64,000 nucleotides of DNA from Ranitomeya imitator (lineage: Eukaryota). Location of the stretch: assembly GCF_032444005.1 (NCBI RefSeq), contig NC_091289.1:179676001-179740000 (forward strand). The letters are read 5' to 3'. Position 1 is the first letter of the stretch. Every line of letters starts with the position of its first letter. A program made the position numbers and the translations under genes. The notes beneath the pieces are model-generated. The model did not search any database, was not told the origin of the DNA, and was given only the letters and a program-made list of their open reading frames with translations. This document shows positions 1 through 12,550 of this stretch, one piece after another.

Positions 1-205
1 CTGTATGGGGCACAGCTATGGGGAAATATGAACGGTGCAGAGCACTATATGGCACCGCTATGGGGAAATAATGATCTATTTTTATTTTTGAAATTCACCG
101 GTAAATGCTGCATTTCCACCCTAGGCTTATACTCGAGTCAATAGGTTTTCCCAGTTTTTTGTGGCAAAATTAGGGGGGGTCGGCTTATACTCGAGTATAT
201 ACGGG
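1..205. mobile_element. Right end of a non-autonomous Tc1/mariner-type MITE (left part outside window)
   Basis: Ends in GGCTTATACTCGAGTATATACGGG-TA, similar in style to the TACCG...TATAAG TIR of the element at 2700-3216; the GGCTTATACTCGAGT motif occurs twice (124, 182). Confidence 0.5.
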
Positions 206-369
206 TACTTATTACACACGCCACATTGCGAGCAATTATTTAGACAGTTGACACTTATTACATGATGGAACTTGTAGTGTCACCACAACAACTGAGAAGT
301 AGTGAGTGCATTATGACTTCCAAAATTGCACGGAGGCGGACGTGGCCCTCATGGGGGCGCGCACTGTAC

Positions 370-948
370 CTCAGTTGGGCAGTATGTTCCAGAATGCTCA
401 ATAGGATGCCAGTAAGTGAGAAAAGCACCATAAGGTTGCACATGGCAGTGCAGACATGTAAGGACTCTGTCCTGCTGTGTGCATGGACTGTCGGGATTGG
501 AGATCCCAATAGATAAGCAGTCTCCGGAGAGCCGATCCTGCGGTTTTTACGGCCATGTTTACATAATGCTACGGCAGGAAGTTTCGCGACCACAACATTG
601 AGAAATAAAGTTGCAAGAGTTTTTCTTGAGCAGCCGGGGCATGTGGCCAGGACCAAGCTGCAGCCACGTGACTGATGGTTGTGGTCAGCGTCCGGGTTAT
701 TATTCACCAGGGCAGGGAGACACCTGAGCATCAAGCTCATTATATAACACAGGTGACTATTACATCACCCGGCAGGTAAGAACATGACCGACGAGTACAA
801 CATGCAGCCAGGACAACGGCGCTCGCTGCTTACACGCAAGGACAGCTCCGGGCACTGCTCATCTAGTCCAGTGCCTGAGTCACACAGTCCTCGATCTATA
901 AACCTTATGCTGCAGAGCGCCGTCGTCCTCCATGGTGGGAGACTGAAC
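370..948 (-). other. Candidate large non-coding (5'UTR) exon of the minus-strand gene starting at ~27.9 kb (probably GPBP1L1)
   Basis: Acceptor gctctgctccAG at 950-949, donor GAG|GTACAG at 369; unique sequence with several ATGs and no long homologous ORF. Gene identity is inferred from synteny only. Confidence 0.4.
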
Positions 949-1017
949 CTGGAGCAGAGCAATGCAGAATTCACCAGTCTGGTAGAGAGCGCAGCTCTGG
1001 ATGTGACTGAAGTATGA

Positions 1018-1368
1018 GGCTATGTGCACACGTTCAGGATTTCTAGCAGAAAATTCCTGAGAAAAACCTGAAATTTTCTGCAAGAAATCCACAAGAAATC
1101 TGCATGCGTTTTTGCCGCGTTTTTTTTCCGGACATTTCCCAATGCATTTTGTAGTGGGAAATCCGCAAAAAAAAAAAAAAAAAAACGCAAAATTAATGTA
1201 CATGCTGTGTTTTTTACCGCGATGCGCATCATGTGCACAAAACATGCGGAATTCATTCTAAATTATGGGATGCTTATTGTATGCGTTTTTTTTGCGGTTT
1301 TATAGCGTTTTTTTTATCGGGAAAAACGCGAAGAAACCGTGAAAAAACAGCAACGTGTGCACACAGCC
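1018..1368. mobile_element. PIF/Harbinger-type MITE
   Basis: TIRs GGCTATGTGCACACG / CGTGTGCACACAGCC; 3-bp TSD TGA (1015-17, 1369-71). Confidence 0.8.
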
Positions 1369-2699
1369 TGAGCCATGACATAAAAATAAGAGCAGAGTAT
1401 TTAGCCATTGCAGGAATCAAACATTTCACAAAATTACCAGTCAATTAATAAACGGGGAAGGGGGGGGGGGGGCATTATAATGCTGGAGACAGATCGTTAA
1501 CCCCAACCCTGTGTTCTTCTGGGGAATTTCCACTCAAATACAATATTCGTGGCAATCTCCACCGATCATGCCCTGAAGCATACAGCAGACTTATCACTGC
1601 AAAAAAAAAAATCCAGCTTCTACCTGACATTCGTTTTTATTTTTGCATAGAGAGACTGGAAACTTTAAATACAGTTTACATTTGTAGATTACATAACCAG
1701 AGCAATGTGAGCAGGAAGGGTTTGCAAGCCTGGGGAAAAAAAACTAAACTTTATTTTTTTTTGTTACGGACAGCAAGCATAGAGTGCTGGGAATTAAACA
1801 CATTTCTTCTAGAAAAGTAATAAACCTATTTGGCTATGTTCACACATTGCGGGTTTTTTTTGCCAAAATTCAAGCTTTGACTCGTTTTTCAGGATCGGGA
1901 AGATCAGGCTTTGCTTCCACTTTGCAAGTATAAATACAAGGTGTTAAGCAGCAAATAATGCGAGACTTATGTGAAAACATTTTTTTGGAGGGGAAAAGTC
2001 AATTTGATCAAATTATTTAGGGGAAGTTATTTTTTATTGTTTATAACGCCATTAATCAGTAATACAAGTAAAACTAAGCTTGGCGTGGAGAAACAAGGAT
2101 TGCTTGGAACAAAACTCAACCTATGAAATGCAGCCAAGAACTATTGTTCTACAAGTGAAAAAAAAAATTACGCACTTGCAAATACAGGGGTGAAGTTAAT
2201 TGTTCATCCAGTGTTTACTTTCTGCATCACTAATTTAACTTAACTATTCTTGTAGGGAGGAGAAACAAAAGGATTGCTGGAAAAGAAAGCCAAGTGCAGG
2301 TTACATTACAATAAAAAGATAAGAAGATACTTGCAAGGACATCAAGACATTACGGTTTATACTCAGGGAAAGAAAATAAAAAGCAAAATTTGCGCAAATT
2401 ACCGTAATAACTGAACTCAGCACAACCAAAAAACAACCATTTCTTTCCAGGTTTTACATCCTGTTATATCTACGGTACTTTTTTTGTTTGTTGTTTTTCA
2501 GCAGAAACTCATGGCAGTATTTTTTTTTTTTTGCACTTTTTTGCTTTCTACGGGTTAAAAAAAAAATGCTAAAAATTGACAGCCTCAAGATTTCAAAAAC
2601 TATTTAAATTCAGTGGGGAATAAGAAAAATAAATAGCGAGTCCAGTAGAGTTCTGAAACCCCACAGTTTTTGCTGCAACTGTAAAAAGCAGCTTTAAGT

Positions 2700-3216
2700 T
2701 ACCGCATTTTCTGGCGTATAAGACGACCCCCAACTTTTCCATATAAAATATGGAATTTGGGATATGCCCGCCGTATAAGACGGGGGTCCACTTATACGCC
2801 CAGTCATCTTATACGGCGTGTGGCTCCCAGGGTCTGGAGGAGAGGAGACTCTCCTTCAGGCCCTGGGATCCATATTCATGTAAAAAATAAAGAATAAAAA
2901 TAAAAAACATGGATATACTCACCCTCGGACGGGCCCTGGCTGTCACCGCTGCTAGCGTCTCCCTCTGCTCCTTAGAATGCGGTGAGTGAAGGACCTTCAA
3001 TGACGTCGCGGTCACATGAGCGGTCATGTGACCGCGACGTCACTGAAGGTCCTTCACTCTGCATTCTAAGGAACAGAGGGAGACGCTAGCAGCGCTGTGA
3101 TCCGGGGCCCGTCCGAAATGCAGGATCGCTCCCTGCACACGACGTACCCGGTGTATAAGACGACCCCCGACTTTTGGGACAATTTTTAGGGGTCTTATAC
3201 GCCGGGAAATACGGTA
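2700..3216. mobile_element. Tc1/mariner-type MITE with internal palindrome
   Basis: TIRs TACCGCATTTTCTGGCGTATAAGAC / GTCTTATACGCCGGGAAATACGGTA with TA ends; long hairpin at ~2970-3070. Confidence 0.75.
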
Positions 3217-3289
3217 CTATAAGGCTATGTTCACATGTTGCGGGTTTTTTTCTGCTGCATTTCACAGTACCAGCAAAGTCTGAGATTTT

Positions 3290-3420
3290 TATTATTATAC
3301 ATTTTTATAGCGCCATTTATTCCATGGCGCTTTACATGTGAAAGACAAGTACTATAAACATGAGCAAAACAAGGCATAGACAAGTACAGAAGGAGAGAGG
3401 ACCCTGCCTGCGAGGGCTCA
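3290..3420 (-). mobile_element. Short L2 LINE 3' fragment
   Basis: Matches the L2 3' end at 26119-26535 (ATAGCGCCATTTATTCCATGGCGCTTTACATGTG...GAGAGAGGACCCTGCCTGCGAGGGCTCACA). Confidence 0.65.
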
Positions 3421-4767
3421 CAGAAATATCATGCACACTTTACGCAGCATGTCACTTCTTTCAGCGTTTTTCAGTCATTGACCGCAATGGATAGTGCAAA
3501 ACCACTGCAAAAACACAGGCATCAGATTTTGGTGTTTGTTTTTTTTTTGGTTCCAAAACCAAAGTTGAAGGAGATTTTTTTAAAGCACTAAAATTTATCA
3601 ACATGCACAACAGACAAATATACCCTGGCAAAAACGCAGTTTAAAAAAAAAAACCAAAACCTGTTTTTTTGTAAACAGTTTAAACTTGGCATTACAAAAA
3701 ACTGCACCAAGAAACACTGATTATAGCCTAAAAAAAAGCAGCTAAAAAAATGCTGCAAAAAAAATACAACCTGTGGAAATACCCTTATGGTAATCACAAG
3801 AGCAAAAACAGCCCGAATGATCCGTACGGTGACGGATAAAAGAGGAGCCTGGAGACAGAACACTGCACGTGAATGGCGCATCCTTTAACCACACGGCCTG
3901 GTGATCTGTACAGATCTCGTGATGCGGGCATGAAGCAACAATCACCTTTACAAACTTATCAAAATCTGTTTATCGATGCAGCTCTGGTTGTGGCTGGAGC
4001 ACAACACAATGCAAATGAAAATGAGCCAGGAAATCCTATTGTCTCTGTGGGCACCTGCTCAAGCATGGAGAGCTGGGCTCTGCTAAAGGAAGGAAAGATA
4101 AAACTGAATGCGGTGGACCTACCAGTCTAATGTCGAGGAATGGTCCCGGTTCTCATGACCTGTAACTTGCCTCCACTCTTCCAGTAAGCAGTTCCTGTTC
4201 AGCACAGATATTGCAGGTGAAATGCTGAGGAACCTCCTTTCCCTCACTTTTTAGCATCCAATGCTCCTTTCCATTGTCCAATGGTTTGCCCACCCTAAAC
4301 AAAGCACGCCTCTCTATTTTGCTTATCTGGGGTCTGAACAGTGCAGGGACAAGGTATTTTTGTGCTCTAGGCCGATGAAACCAATATTTCTTTCCGGATA
4401 ATGATTCTGGAGCCATATTTATGTATTATTAATATCCTCTGTTGTTCTATTTATGTACTGATGATGAATTTGGTTTCGTACTCATGCACCGATGATGACT
4501 CTGGCGATCAATGCAGCTCCTAAATTATCATCCATTCATGAACACATCACCATAGCCATCAGAAATACATGAATACAGCACCAGAACAACCATCACTACA
4601 TGAATGTGTCACCAGAACCACCATCAGTACTTGAATACAAGAACCAAGCTTAGTACAGCAATCAATTGTAATCTATATCCTGGCTGCTGCATTCACCGCC
4701 CTTGCACCAACTCTTTACACGCCATTCATAATCGGCCCCTCTGTCCTTTCCTCTATGTATAGAACTC

Positions 4768-7745
4768 ATGCTCTGTTCACATTGCTTAACAGCGCAGATC
4801 CATTCAGTCCCACCATCCAACACAAGAGACGCTCTCACAAATCACAACTATCTGCTCACTCTTTCTATCCTCCTTCTAGTCGCTGGAGACATCTCTCCCA
4901 ACCCCGGCCCCCCATGTTATAGCCAGTCAAACCTCCCAACTGCTACACTCAGAAACCCCTCTAACCTTATTAATATTCCCTGCATGCCTTCTGTCTCTTT
5001 CAATTGTGCCCCTTGTAATTCTCGCTTAGTGTGTAATAAACTCTCCTTCATCCATGACTTCTTCCTTTCTAATTCTCTTAATCTTCTGGCTCTTACTGAA
5101 ACCTGGATCCAGCAGTCAGACACCACCGATGCTGCTGCTCTTTCATATGGTGGACTACACTTTTCTCATACCCCAAGATCGGACAACAGAGCAGGTGGAG
5201 ACGTTTGTCTGCTCCTTTCACCCAAATGTACCTTCCAAGTTATCCCCCCAAGTACCCTCACTTGTCTTCCCTTCCTTTGAAGTCCATGCTGTCAGACTCT
5301 ACATCCTCTTCTCCATGCGAGTGGCGGTGGTGTATCGTCCTCCCGGCCCCTCTCATCAGTTCTTGGATCACTTTGCCACCGGGCTTCCACACTTTCTCTC
5401 CTGTGACACCCCCACCCTCATCATGGGTGATCTCAACATCCCCATTGCTTCTCCCCTCTCCCCATCTGCTTCTCACCTTTTATCTCTAACCTCCTCTTTC
5501 GGCCTCTCACAGCATACTAACTCTCCAACGCATGAAGATGGAAACTCCCTCGACTTGGTCTTCTCCCAGCTTTGCTCAGTGGATGATTTCACAAACTCCC
5601 CTCTCCCGCTCTCTGACCACAACCTTCTTTCATTCTCTATTAAGAACTGTCATCCCGCTCAGGACACCCCCACTTTCCACACTTCTAGAAACATACAGGC
5701 CATTAACACCCAGAAACTTATGAAGAGCTTGCAGTCCTCATTGGCCCCTATCTCTGCCATCTAATGTCCTGATTCTGCTCTGAAGCATTACAATGAAACC
5801 CTGCAGAGTGCCCTGGATGAAGCTGCACCTCCTATAAATAAAACAACTCGGAACAGACGGCAACAACCGTGGCACATGCTGCAAACACGTTTCCTGCAGC
5901 GGTGCTCCAGGTGCGCCAAACGTCTGTGGAGAAAATCTACCCGAAGATTTCATCCATTATAAGTTCATGCTAAAAACATACAACTCTGCCCTTCACCTCT
6001 CCAAACAAACCTACTTCAACACCCTCATCACCTCGCTGTCCAATAACCCTAAACGTCTCTTTGACACTTTCCAGTCCCTACTAAACCCAAGAGTGCAGGC
6101 CCCAACCACGGATCTCTGCGCTGATGATCTGGCCAATTACTTCAAAGAAAAAATTGACCACATTCGACAGGAAATTATCTCCCAATCCCTTCATACCATG
6201 CACTGTCCTCCCTCCCCTACTACATATAGTTCACTCTCTGACTTTGAACCAGTTACAGAAGAAGAAGTAATCAGGCTCCTTGCATCTTCTCGCCCAACCA
6301 CTTGCACCAGTGACCCCATTCCGTCACATCTCCTCCAGTCCCTTTCCCCGGCTGTCACCTCTCACCTAACAAAAATATTCAACCTCTCTCTCTTCTGGTA
6401 TTTTTCCCTCCTCATTTAAGCATGCCATCATACATCCATTACTTAAAAAACCATCCCTCGATCAAAACTGTGCCACTAATTATAGACCTGTCTCTAATCT
6501 TCCCTTCATCTCTAAACTCCTCGAGCGCCTGGTCCACTCCCGTCTTACCCGCTCTCTCTCAGATAACTCTCTTCTCGACCCTCTTCAATCTGGTTTCCGC
6601 TCTTTACACTCTACTGAAATTGCCCTCACTAAAGTCTCTAATGACCTACTAACAGCTAAATCTAATGGTCACTACTCCATGCTAATTCTCTTGGATCTCT
6701 GCAGCATTCGATACTGTGGATCATCAGCTCCTCCTCACTATGCTCCGCTCCATCGGCCTCAAGGACACCGTTCTCTCCTGGTTCTCCTCCTATCTCTCTG
6801 ACCGATCCTTCACTGTATGTTTTGCTGGTTCCTCCTCCTCTCACCTTCCCCTTACTGTTGGGGTTCCTCAAGGTTCAGTCCTAGGCCCCCTCTTCTCGTT
6901 GTATACTGCCCCTATTGGACAATCAGTAGATTTGGTTTCCAGTACCATCTCTATGCTGACGACACCCAATTATACACCTCTTCTCCTGCTGTCACGCCGA
7001 CCTTTTTAGTAAACACCAGTGATTGTCTTACGGCCGTCTCTAACATCATGTCCTCCCTCTATCTGAAACTAAACCTGTCAAAAACTGAACTCCTCGTGTT
7101 CTCTCCCTCTACTAACCTACCTTTGCCTGACATTGCCATCTCCGTGTGCGGTTCCACCATTACTCCAAAGCAACATGCCCGCTGCATTGGGGTCATACTT
7201 GATTCCGAGCTTTCATTCACCCCCCACATCCGATCACTGGCTCGCTCTTCTTATCTGAATCTCAAAAACATTTCTAGAATTCGCCCTTTTCTTACTTTCG
7301 ACTCTGCAAAAACTCTTACTGTTTCACTTATTCATTCTCGTCTGGACTATTGTAACTCTCTACTAATCGGCCTCCCTCTTACAAAACTCTCCCCGCTCCA
7401 ATCTGTCCTGAATGCTGCTGCCAGGATCATATTCCTCACCAACCGTTACACCGATGCCTCTACCTTGTACCAGTCATTACACTGGCTACCCATCCACTCC
7501 AGAATCCAGTACAAAACTACTACCCTCATCCACAAAGCACTCCATGGCTCAGCACCACCCTACATCTTCTCTCTGGTCTCAGTCTACCACCCTACCCGTG
7601 CCCTCCGCTCCACTAATGACCTCAGGTTAGCATCCTCAATCAGAACCTCCCACTCCCGTCTCCAAGACTTTACATGTGCTGCGCCAATTCTTTGGAATGC
7701 ACTACCTAGGTTAATACGATTAATCCCCAATCTCCACAGTTTTAA
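4768..7745 (+). pseudogene. L2 ORF2 (endonuclease + reverse transcriptase), broken by frameshifts and stops
   Basis: ORF fragments 4768-5280, 5054-5764, 5967-6419, 6716-7009 and 6817-7893 tile one APE-RT polyprotein. Confidence 0.9.
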
Positions 7746-9222
7746 CCCCTTTCTGCCATTAGACGTACTATTGCGTCCATGTGGGGTGGGCTTTACTTCC
7801 CAAGGACGCAATAGTACGTCATATGCGATCGGCAGCGCTCACGGGGGGAGCGCCGCCGATCGCGGCCGGGTGTCAGCTGTTTATCGCAGCTGACATCCGG
7901 CACTATGTGCCAGGAGCGGTCACGGACCACCCCCGGCACATTAACCCCCGGCACACCGCGATCAAAGATGATCGCGATGTGCCGGCGGTACAGGGAAGCA
8001 CCGCGCAGGGAGGGGGCTCCCTGCGGGCTTCCCTGAGCCCCCCGCAGCAACGCGATGTGATCGCGTTGCTGCGAGGGTCTCACCTCCCTCCCTGCTCCCT
8101 CCAGCCCCGGATCCAAGATGGCCGCGGATCCGGGTCCTGCAGGGAGGGAGGTGGCTTCACAGAGCCTGCTCAGAGCAGGCGCTGTGAAGCAGCCTGCACT
8201 CCTATCAGATCAGTGATCTGACAGAGTGCTGTGCAAACTGTCAGATCACTGATCTGTGATGTCCCCCCCCCTGGGACAAAGTAAAAAAGTAAAAAAAAAA
8301 AATTTCAAATGTGTAAAAAAAAATAAAAAAAAATATTCCAAAATAATGAAAAAAAAAAAAAAAATATTATTCCCATAAATACATTTCTTTATCTAAATAA
8401 AAAAAAAAAAACAATAAAAGTACACATATTTAGTATCGCCGCGTCCGTAACGGCCCGACCTATAAAACTGGCCCACTAGTTAACCCCTTCAGTAAACACC
8501 GTAAGAAGAAAAAAAAAAAAAAACGAGGCAAAAAACAACGCTTTATTATCATACCGCCGAACAAAAAGTGGAATAACACGCGATCAAAAAGACAGATATA
8601 ACTAACCATGGTACCGCTGAAAACGTCATCTTGTCCCGCAAAAAACGAGCCGCCATACAGCATCATCAGCAAAAAAATAAAAAAGTTATAGTCCTGAGAA
8701 TAAAGCGATGCAAAAATAATTATTTTTTCTATAAAATAGTTTTTATCGTATAAAAGCGCCAAAACATAAAAAAATGATATAAATGAGGTGTCGCTGTAAT
8801 CGTACTGACCCGAAGAATAAAACTGCTTCATCAATTTTACCAAACGCGGAACGGTATAAACGCCTCCCCCAAAAGAAATTCATGAATAGCTGGTTTTTGG
8901 TCATTCTGCCTCACAAAAATCGGAATAAAAAGCGATCAAAAAATGTCACGTGCCCGAAAATGTTACCAATAAAAACATCAACTCGTCCCGCAAAAACCAA
9001 GACCTCACATGACTCTGTGGACCAGAATATAGAAAAATTATAGCTCTCAAAATGTGGTAACGCAAAAAATATTTTTTGCAATAAAAAGCGTCTTTCAGTG
9101 TGTGACGGCTGCCAATCATAAAAATCCGCTAAAAAACCCGCTATAAAAGTAAATCAAACCCCCCTTCATCACCCCCTTAGTTAGGGAAAAATTAAAAAAA
9201 TGTATTTATTTCCATTTTCCCA

Positions 9223-9480
9223 TTAGGGCTAGGGTTAGAGTTAGGGCTAGGGTTAGGGCTAGGGTTAGGGCTAGGGTTAGGGCTAGGGTTAGGGTTAGGA
9301 TTAGGGTTAGGATTAGGGTTAGGGCTAGGGTTAGGGCTAGGGCTACAGTTTGGGTTGGGGCTAAAGTTACAGTTAGGGTTTAGATTACATTTACAGTTGG
9401 GAATAGGGTTGGGATTAGGGTTAGGGGTGTGTCAGGGTTAGAGGTGTGGTTAGGGTTACTGTTGGGATTAGGGTTAGGGA
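9223..9480 (+). repeat. Interstitial telomere-like array (TTAGGG/CTAGGG alternating, degenerating rightward)
   Basis: Directly visible AGGGCT/AGGGTT hexamers 9223-9344, then degenerate TTAGGG copies. Confidence 0.9.
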
Positions 9481-9499
9481 TGTGTTTGGATTAGGGTTT

Positions 9500-11860
9500 C
9501 AGTTATAATTGGGGGGTTTCCACTGTTTAGGCACATCAGGGGCTCTCCAAACGCGACATGGCGTCCGATCTCAATTCCAGCCAATTCTGCGTTGAAAAAG
9601 TAAAACAGTGCTTCTTCCCTTCCGAGCTCTCCCGTGTGCCCAAACAGGGGTTTACCCCAACATATGGGGTATCAGCGTACTCAGGACAAATAGGACAACA
9701 ACTTTTGGGGTCCAATTTCTCCTGCTACCCTTGGGAAAATACAAAACTCGGGGCTAAAACATATTTTTTGTGGGAAAAAAAAAGATTTTTTATTTTCACG
9801 GCTCTGCGTTATAAACTGTAGTGAAACACTTGGGGGTTCAAAGTTCTCACAACACATCTAGATTAGTTCCCTGGGGGGTCTAGTTTCCAATATGGGGTCA
9901 CTTGTGGGGGGTTTCTACTGTTTAGGTACATTAGGGGTTCTGCAAACGCAATGTGACGTCTGCAGACCATTCCATCTAAGTCTGCATTCCAAATGGCGCT
10001 CCTTCCCTTCCGAGCTCTGCCATGCGCTCAAACGTTGGTTTCCCCCAACATACGGGGTATCAGCGTACTCAGGACAAATTGGACAACAACTTTTGGGGTC
10101 GAATTTCTCCTCTTACCCTCGGGAAAATACAAAACTGGGGGCTAAAAAATAATTTTGGGGGGAAAGATTTTTTTTTTTTAATTTTCACGGCTCTGCGTTA
10201 CAAACTGTAGTGAAACACTTGGGGGTTCAAAGCTATCACAACACATCTAGATGAGTTCCTTAGGGGGTCTAGTTTCCAAAATGGTGTCACTTGTGGGAGG
10301 TTTCTACTGTTTAGGTACATTAGGGGCTCTGCAAATGCAATGTGACACCTGCAGACCATTCCATCTAAGTCCTCATTCCAAATGGAGCTCCTTCCCTTCC
10401 GAGCCCTCCCATGCGCCCAAACAGTGGTTCCCCCCCACATATGGGGTATCAGCGCACTCAGGACAAATTGGACAACAAATTGTGGGGTCGAATTTCTCCT
10501 TTTACCCTCGGGAAAATACAAAACTGGGGGCTAAAAAATAATTTTTGTGGGAAAAAAATTTTTGTTTTATTTTTACGGCTCTCCATTATAAACTTCTGTG
10601 AAGCCCTTGGTGGGTCAAAACGCTCAGCACACATCTAGATAAGTTCCTAAGGGGGTCTACTTTCCAAAATGGTGTCACTTGTGGGGGGTTTCTACTGTTT
10701 AGGTACATTAGGGGCTAGCCAAACACAATGTGACACCTGCAGACCATTCCATCTAAGTCTGCATTCAAATGGCACTCCTTCCCTTCTGAGCCCTCCCATG
10801 TGCCCAAACAGTGGTTCCCCCCACATATGGTGTATCATCGCACTCAGGACAAATTGGGCAACAAATTTTGGGGTCCAATTTCTCCTGTTACCCTCAGGAA
10901 AATACAAAACTGGGGGCTAAAAAAATAATTTTTGTGGGAAAAAAATTTTGTTTCATTTTTACGGCTCTGCATTATAAACTTCTGTGAAGCACTTGGTGGG
11001 TCAAAGTGCTCACCACACCTCTAGATAAGTTCCTTAGGGGGTCTACTTTCCAAAATGGTGTCATTTGTGGGGGGTTTCAATGTTTAGGCACATCAGTGGC
11101 TCTTCAAACGCAACATGGCGTCCCATCTCAATTCCTGTCAATTTTGCTTTGAAAAGTCAAACGGCGCTCCTTCCCTTCCGAGCTCTCCCATCCACCCAAA
11201 CAGTGGTTTACCCCCACATATGGGGTATCCGCGTACTCAGGACAAATTGTACAACAACTTTTGGGGTCCAATTTCTTCTCTTACCCTTGGGAAAATAAAA
11301 AATTGGGGGCGAAAAGATAATTTTTGTGAAAAAATATGATTTTTTATTTTTACGGTTCTACATTATAAACTTCTGTGAAGCACTTGTTGGGTCAAAGTGC
11401 TCACCACACCTCTAGATAAGTTCCTTAGGGGGTCTACTTTCCAAAATGGTGTCACTTGTGGGGGGTTTCAATGTTTAGCCACATCAGGGGCTCTCCAAAC
11501 GAAACATGGCGTCCCATCTCAATTCCAGTCAATTTTGCATTGAAAAGTCAAATGGCACTCCTTCGCTTCCGAGCTCTGCCATGCGCCCAAACAGTGGTTT
11601 ACCCCCACATGTGGGGTATTGGCATACTCAGGACAAATTGTACAACAATGTTTGGGGTCCATTTTCTCCTGTTACCCTTGGTAAAATAAAACAAATTGGA
11701 GCTGAATTACATTTTTTGTGAAAAAAAGTTAAATGTTCATTTTTATTTAAACATTCAAAAAATTCCTGTGAAGCACCAGAAGGGTTAATAAACTTCTTGA
11801 ATATGGTTTTGAGCACCTTGAGGGGTGTAGTTTTTAGAATGGTGTCACACTTGGGTATTT
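9500..11860. repeat. Tandem array of ~390-bp units (~6 copies) inside the TTAA element
   Basis: The ATGG(T/G)GTCAC/TTGTGGGGGGTTT marker recurs at ~9892, 10281, 10669, 11055, 11446, 11839. Confidence 0.9.
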
Positions 11861-12550
11861 TCTATCATATAGACCCCTCAAAATGACTTCAAATGAGATG
11901 TGGTCCCTAAAATAAAATGGTGTTGTAGAAATGAGAAATTGCTGGTCAACTTTTAACCCTTATAACTCCCTAACAAAAAAAAATTTTGGTTCCAAAATTG
12001 TGCTGATGTAAAGTAGACATGTGGGAAATGTTACTTATTAAGTATTTTGTGTGACATATCTCTGTGATTTAATTGCATAAAAATTCAAAGTTGGAAAATT
12101 GCGAAATTTTCATAATTTTCGCCAAATTTCCGTTTTTTTCACAAATAAACGCAGGTACTATCAAATAATTTTTACCATTGTCATGAAGTACAATATGTCA
12201 CGAGAAAACAATGTCAGAATCACCAGGATCCATTGAAGCGTTCCAGAGTTATAACCTCATAAAGGGACAGTGGTCAGAATTGTAAAAATTGGCCCTGTCA
12301 TTAACGTGCAAACCACCCTTGGGGGTAAAGGGGTTAAGCGTGCCCTAAAAACTCATTTGTTCAGATCGGCCTACCGCCTCAACGCATTACCCTAACTATT
12401 CCTGTGTGGCCCATTTTAAAAAAATACAATCAGGTTCCTCGCATCATGTTCTCATACACTTTAGGCAGTTAATAGCCCTCTGTGTCTGTACTGTTACATA
12501 CTTAGGCAGTTAACTGGTTCATGCAGCTTTACATGAACACCCGAGCCTAA

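Larger units (their letters stand above)
7746..12333. mobile_element. 4.6-kb non-autonomous TTAA-specific (piggyBac-type) composite element
   Basis: TTAA TSD (7742-45, 12334-37), CCCCTTT/AAAGGGG termini, no transposase ORF; removing it restores the L2 reading frame. Confidence 0.88.

Noticed and set aside
258-740. 160-aa minus-strand ORF as a stand-alone gene
   Set aside because: No recognisable domain and it crosses a predicted donor at 370; kept only as a possible uORF
753-775. Plus-strand 23-nt micro-exon (ACAG|...CAG|GTAAG)
   Set aside because: Poor polypyrimidine tract and no other plus-strand exons to connect to
4153-4416. 87-aa minus-strand ORF
   Set aside because: No homology recognised; includes a repeat-end motif also seen at ~45240-45275
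9223-9480. A true chromosome end or fusion scar
   Set aside because: The array is short, one-directional, about half CTAGGG, and lies inside a TTAA-flanked element
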